Of a stretch of 64,000 nt of DNA, positions 26,201 through 29,200 are shown one piece after another. The position numbers were made by a program, and so were the translations under genes. Origin of the DNA: Christensenella sp. UBA6345 (lineage in GTDB: Bacteria; Bacillota; Clostridia; Christensenellales; UBA1242). The first letter of the stretch is position 1, and each line of letters starts with the position of its first letter. Below the pieces are notes generated by a model. That model searched no databases. It was given only the letters and a program-made list of their open reading frames with translations, and was not told the DNA's origin. Where the stretch lies: positions 5,114 to 69,113 of the forward strand of contig DJSB01000048.1 in assembly GCA_002437945.1 (NCBI GenBank), given 5' to 3'.

Positions 26201-29200
26201 TATTTTCTACCTTATCAATATCATTATTGTATAATGTACCTATGAAACTTGTATTGTTGATTTGAACAATACCTTTTGTTTGACCAACAACTCCACCAAG
26301 TCCTGCCAAATGTCCTTGAATATCAACAAATGCTTGAGCATCAGTTACTACACCACTATTAAGTATACCAACAATACCACCAGCGAAATTACGATTATCA
26401 TTGGTTAAACTCTTTGTATGTGCATCTGAAACTATTATGTCTCCATAATATCCAGTACCATATCCACTAACATTGTATGGAGTAATAGGATCATTATTGT
26501 AACTATAAACAGAGTTGTAAGAAATAGGGCTATAAGAAATATAGTTATATACACTAGTGAATACATTAGTAGAACTAGAAGGATTATCACTATTGTAATA
26601 TATATTTTTTATTCTTAAATCACTATCTACTACTACCAAACCATTATAAGTACCAATTACGCCACCTACACCATTGAATCCAATAATTGCTGTTTTGTAT
26701 TCATCATCAATAGTATTAAGTTTTAACATTTGTACTTGGTTATTAAGTATTAAGTTAGTACCAACTAGTGATAATGATTTTGCTAGTCCACTAGTTATAG
26801 ATTGTGAATAATATGATTGAGTAAATCCATTACCCTTATCATTTCCTAAACGGAAATCATATTCGGTAGATACAAGACTGCTCTTACCTAGAATTAAATC
26901 ATGGTAAGTAATACGTATAATTGCAAATGTAGCATTATCATCATGTTCACCGATCGCATTAACATAATCATCAACATTGTTAGTATCAATTGAAAGACTA
27001 TTAAGTAATTGTCTAATTTCTGACTTGGTTAAACTTAATGTTTCAAAATTCTCTAAATAGATTTTAAAGTTCTTATTAAAATCAACAAAATTTTCTTGGA
27101 ATTTAGCATTTTCTTCTGAAGTAGAATTACCAATACCATTAACAAAATGATATTTAGTTGTATCATCTGGATTGCTTACGATATGTACAATACCAGTTTC
27201 TGATTTACCAACTATACCACCAATATTAGTGAAACCACGTAATAATGGGAATGATACATTGTCTTTAACAACACCAGTATTATAACCTACTATACCACCG
27301 ACATTGGACATATAGTATTCTTCTTGTCTATCCTTGTAGTCACCAATAATATCTGCTTTTGCAGTAACACCTGCAACAATACCAGCATTAAATCCAACTA
27401 CACCACCAAAGGAAGCATACATACTATTAATCTTTTGTTCTTCTGGTAAACTTGAGTTAATAGATGTAATAACATGAGTAGAATTAGTCAAAGTTTCATT
27501 GTCATTAGCATTATGAATATATGCTCTATTATTAAATCCTACCATACCACCAATATAAGCGATATTATTAGATTTAACAGAAACGTTAATCAATGCTGTA
27601 GATGTTACATCAAACATTTGTGATGCAGCATCGCTATTGTTCTCACCACAGTAACGATAAGATCTAACTGCTCTTTCTTGAAGTTTTTGAATTTCGTTAC
27701 TGGTTATTCTATAATTAGAAGTTGTATCAATTGCTTTGTAGTCTAGGCCATTAGTTGTGTTACGGCCTTCGCCATTAATTTTCATTGAAGTATTAAGTGA
27801 ATATCTTGATGTGTTATTTAAGAAACCAACAACACCACCAACAAAATAGAATGAATTTTCGCTAGTGTCAGTACTACCTGTAATGAAGATACCATTATTA
27901 GGTTCTTCTTTACTTGAATTTACATAGTAATCACCAGTAATATTGGCTATACCACTACCATCGTTAACTACAACATTTTCAATTGTACCTTCACTATAAC
28001 CTGCTAATGCACCTGCGAAAATATTAACCTGACGAGTAATATTAGCCTTAATCTTAAAGTTGTTAATTGTTAGTCTTTCAATTACAGCATTTTCACCTAA
28101 ATATGCAAATAATCCAAAGTAATCAATGTTATCGTTATGAATTCTTAAATTGTTAATTGAGTAATCTGCTGCAAAGATTAAAGTATCATTTTCAACTTCT
28201 TCATAATGTCCACTTAAATAGCCTGTAAACTTGTTAACAATACCATTAACATAACCTATAGGCATCCAGTCATCAGTTAACATTATGTTATTTCTTAAAA
28301 CATAATAAGAGTTAAGTGAACTATTAATACGTTTTAAATCTTCAACAGTGTAAATATTGTAAGCGGTTGCTTTAGTTTTACCATCATTTACTTTAATTTT
28401 TATCTCTTTGTAAGAAGTATAACTACCCATATTGTCTACATTGTCTAAAGCATAGACTTTAATGATAGCCATATTGTCAGTCATTAATTGTGAATTAATT
28501 GTGATATTAATCTTTCGATTAGTGTTATCAACATTAACAGTTAAAGCAGGATCAGAACACTCTGCTGCCAAATTCTTATTAAGAGCATTTTTAGGTAAGA
28601 TATCAAAATCCACTACTTTTACTTGTGCTTCTGGATTATTGTATTGACCATTAGCATAATTTAAGTCACGTTCATCATATTCGATTAATGAATAACCCGA
28701 ACGAATAACTTTATGAGTTGTCTTCTTTCCACATACTGGACAAGTTAATTCAACTTGTGGTTGTGAGAAATCTGCATCTTCAGTAATTGAACTTCTTTCA
28801 ACTTTATGTCCGCAAGTAATACATTGTAGGACATCTTCATTGGATATAGAAGCAATATTAGTGAAGATATAGTCACTTACCTTAACAACTTTATTAACGA
28901 CAAATCTTACCGAAGTCTCTTTTGGAGCACTTATTTGAACACCATCTTCATTAACAAAAGATTGTTCAACTTTTGCAATAAGTCTAAATGTTAAATAGTC
29001 TTTATTTGTAGCACTATTAAAGTAACATTCAACTTCAGCAGATGCTAAATCAATAATTCTTACAATAATTGTATATTCCGAATTGCTATACTGGATAACT
29101 GTAGCACCTTGAGATTTATCATATTCGTAGAATTCTCCGTCCCAGTTAGATATAGATGTTTGTGGTTCTAGTGTTTCGCCATAGTTGTCCACACATTTCC

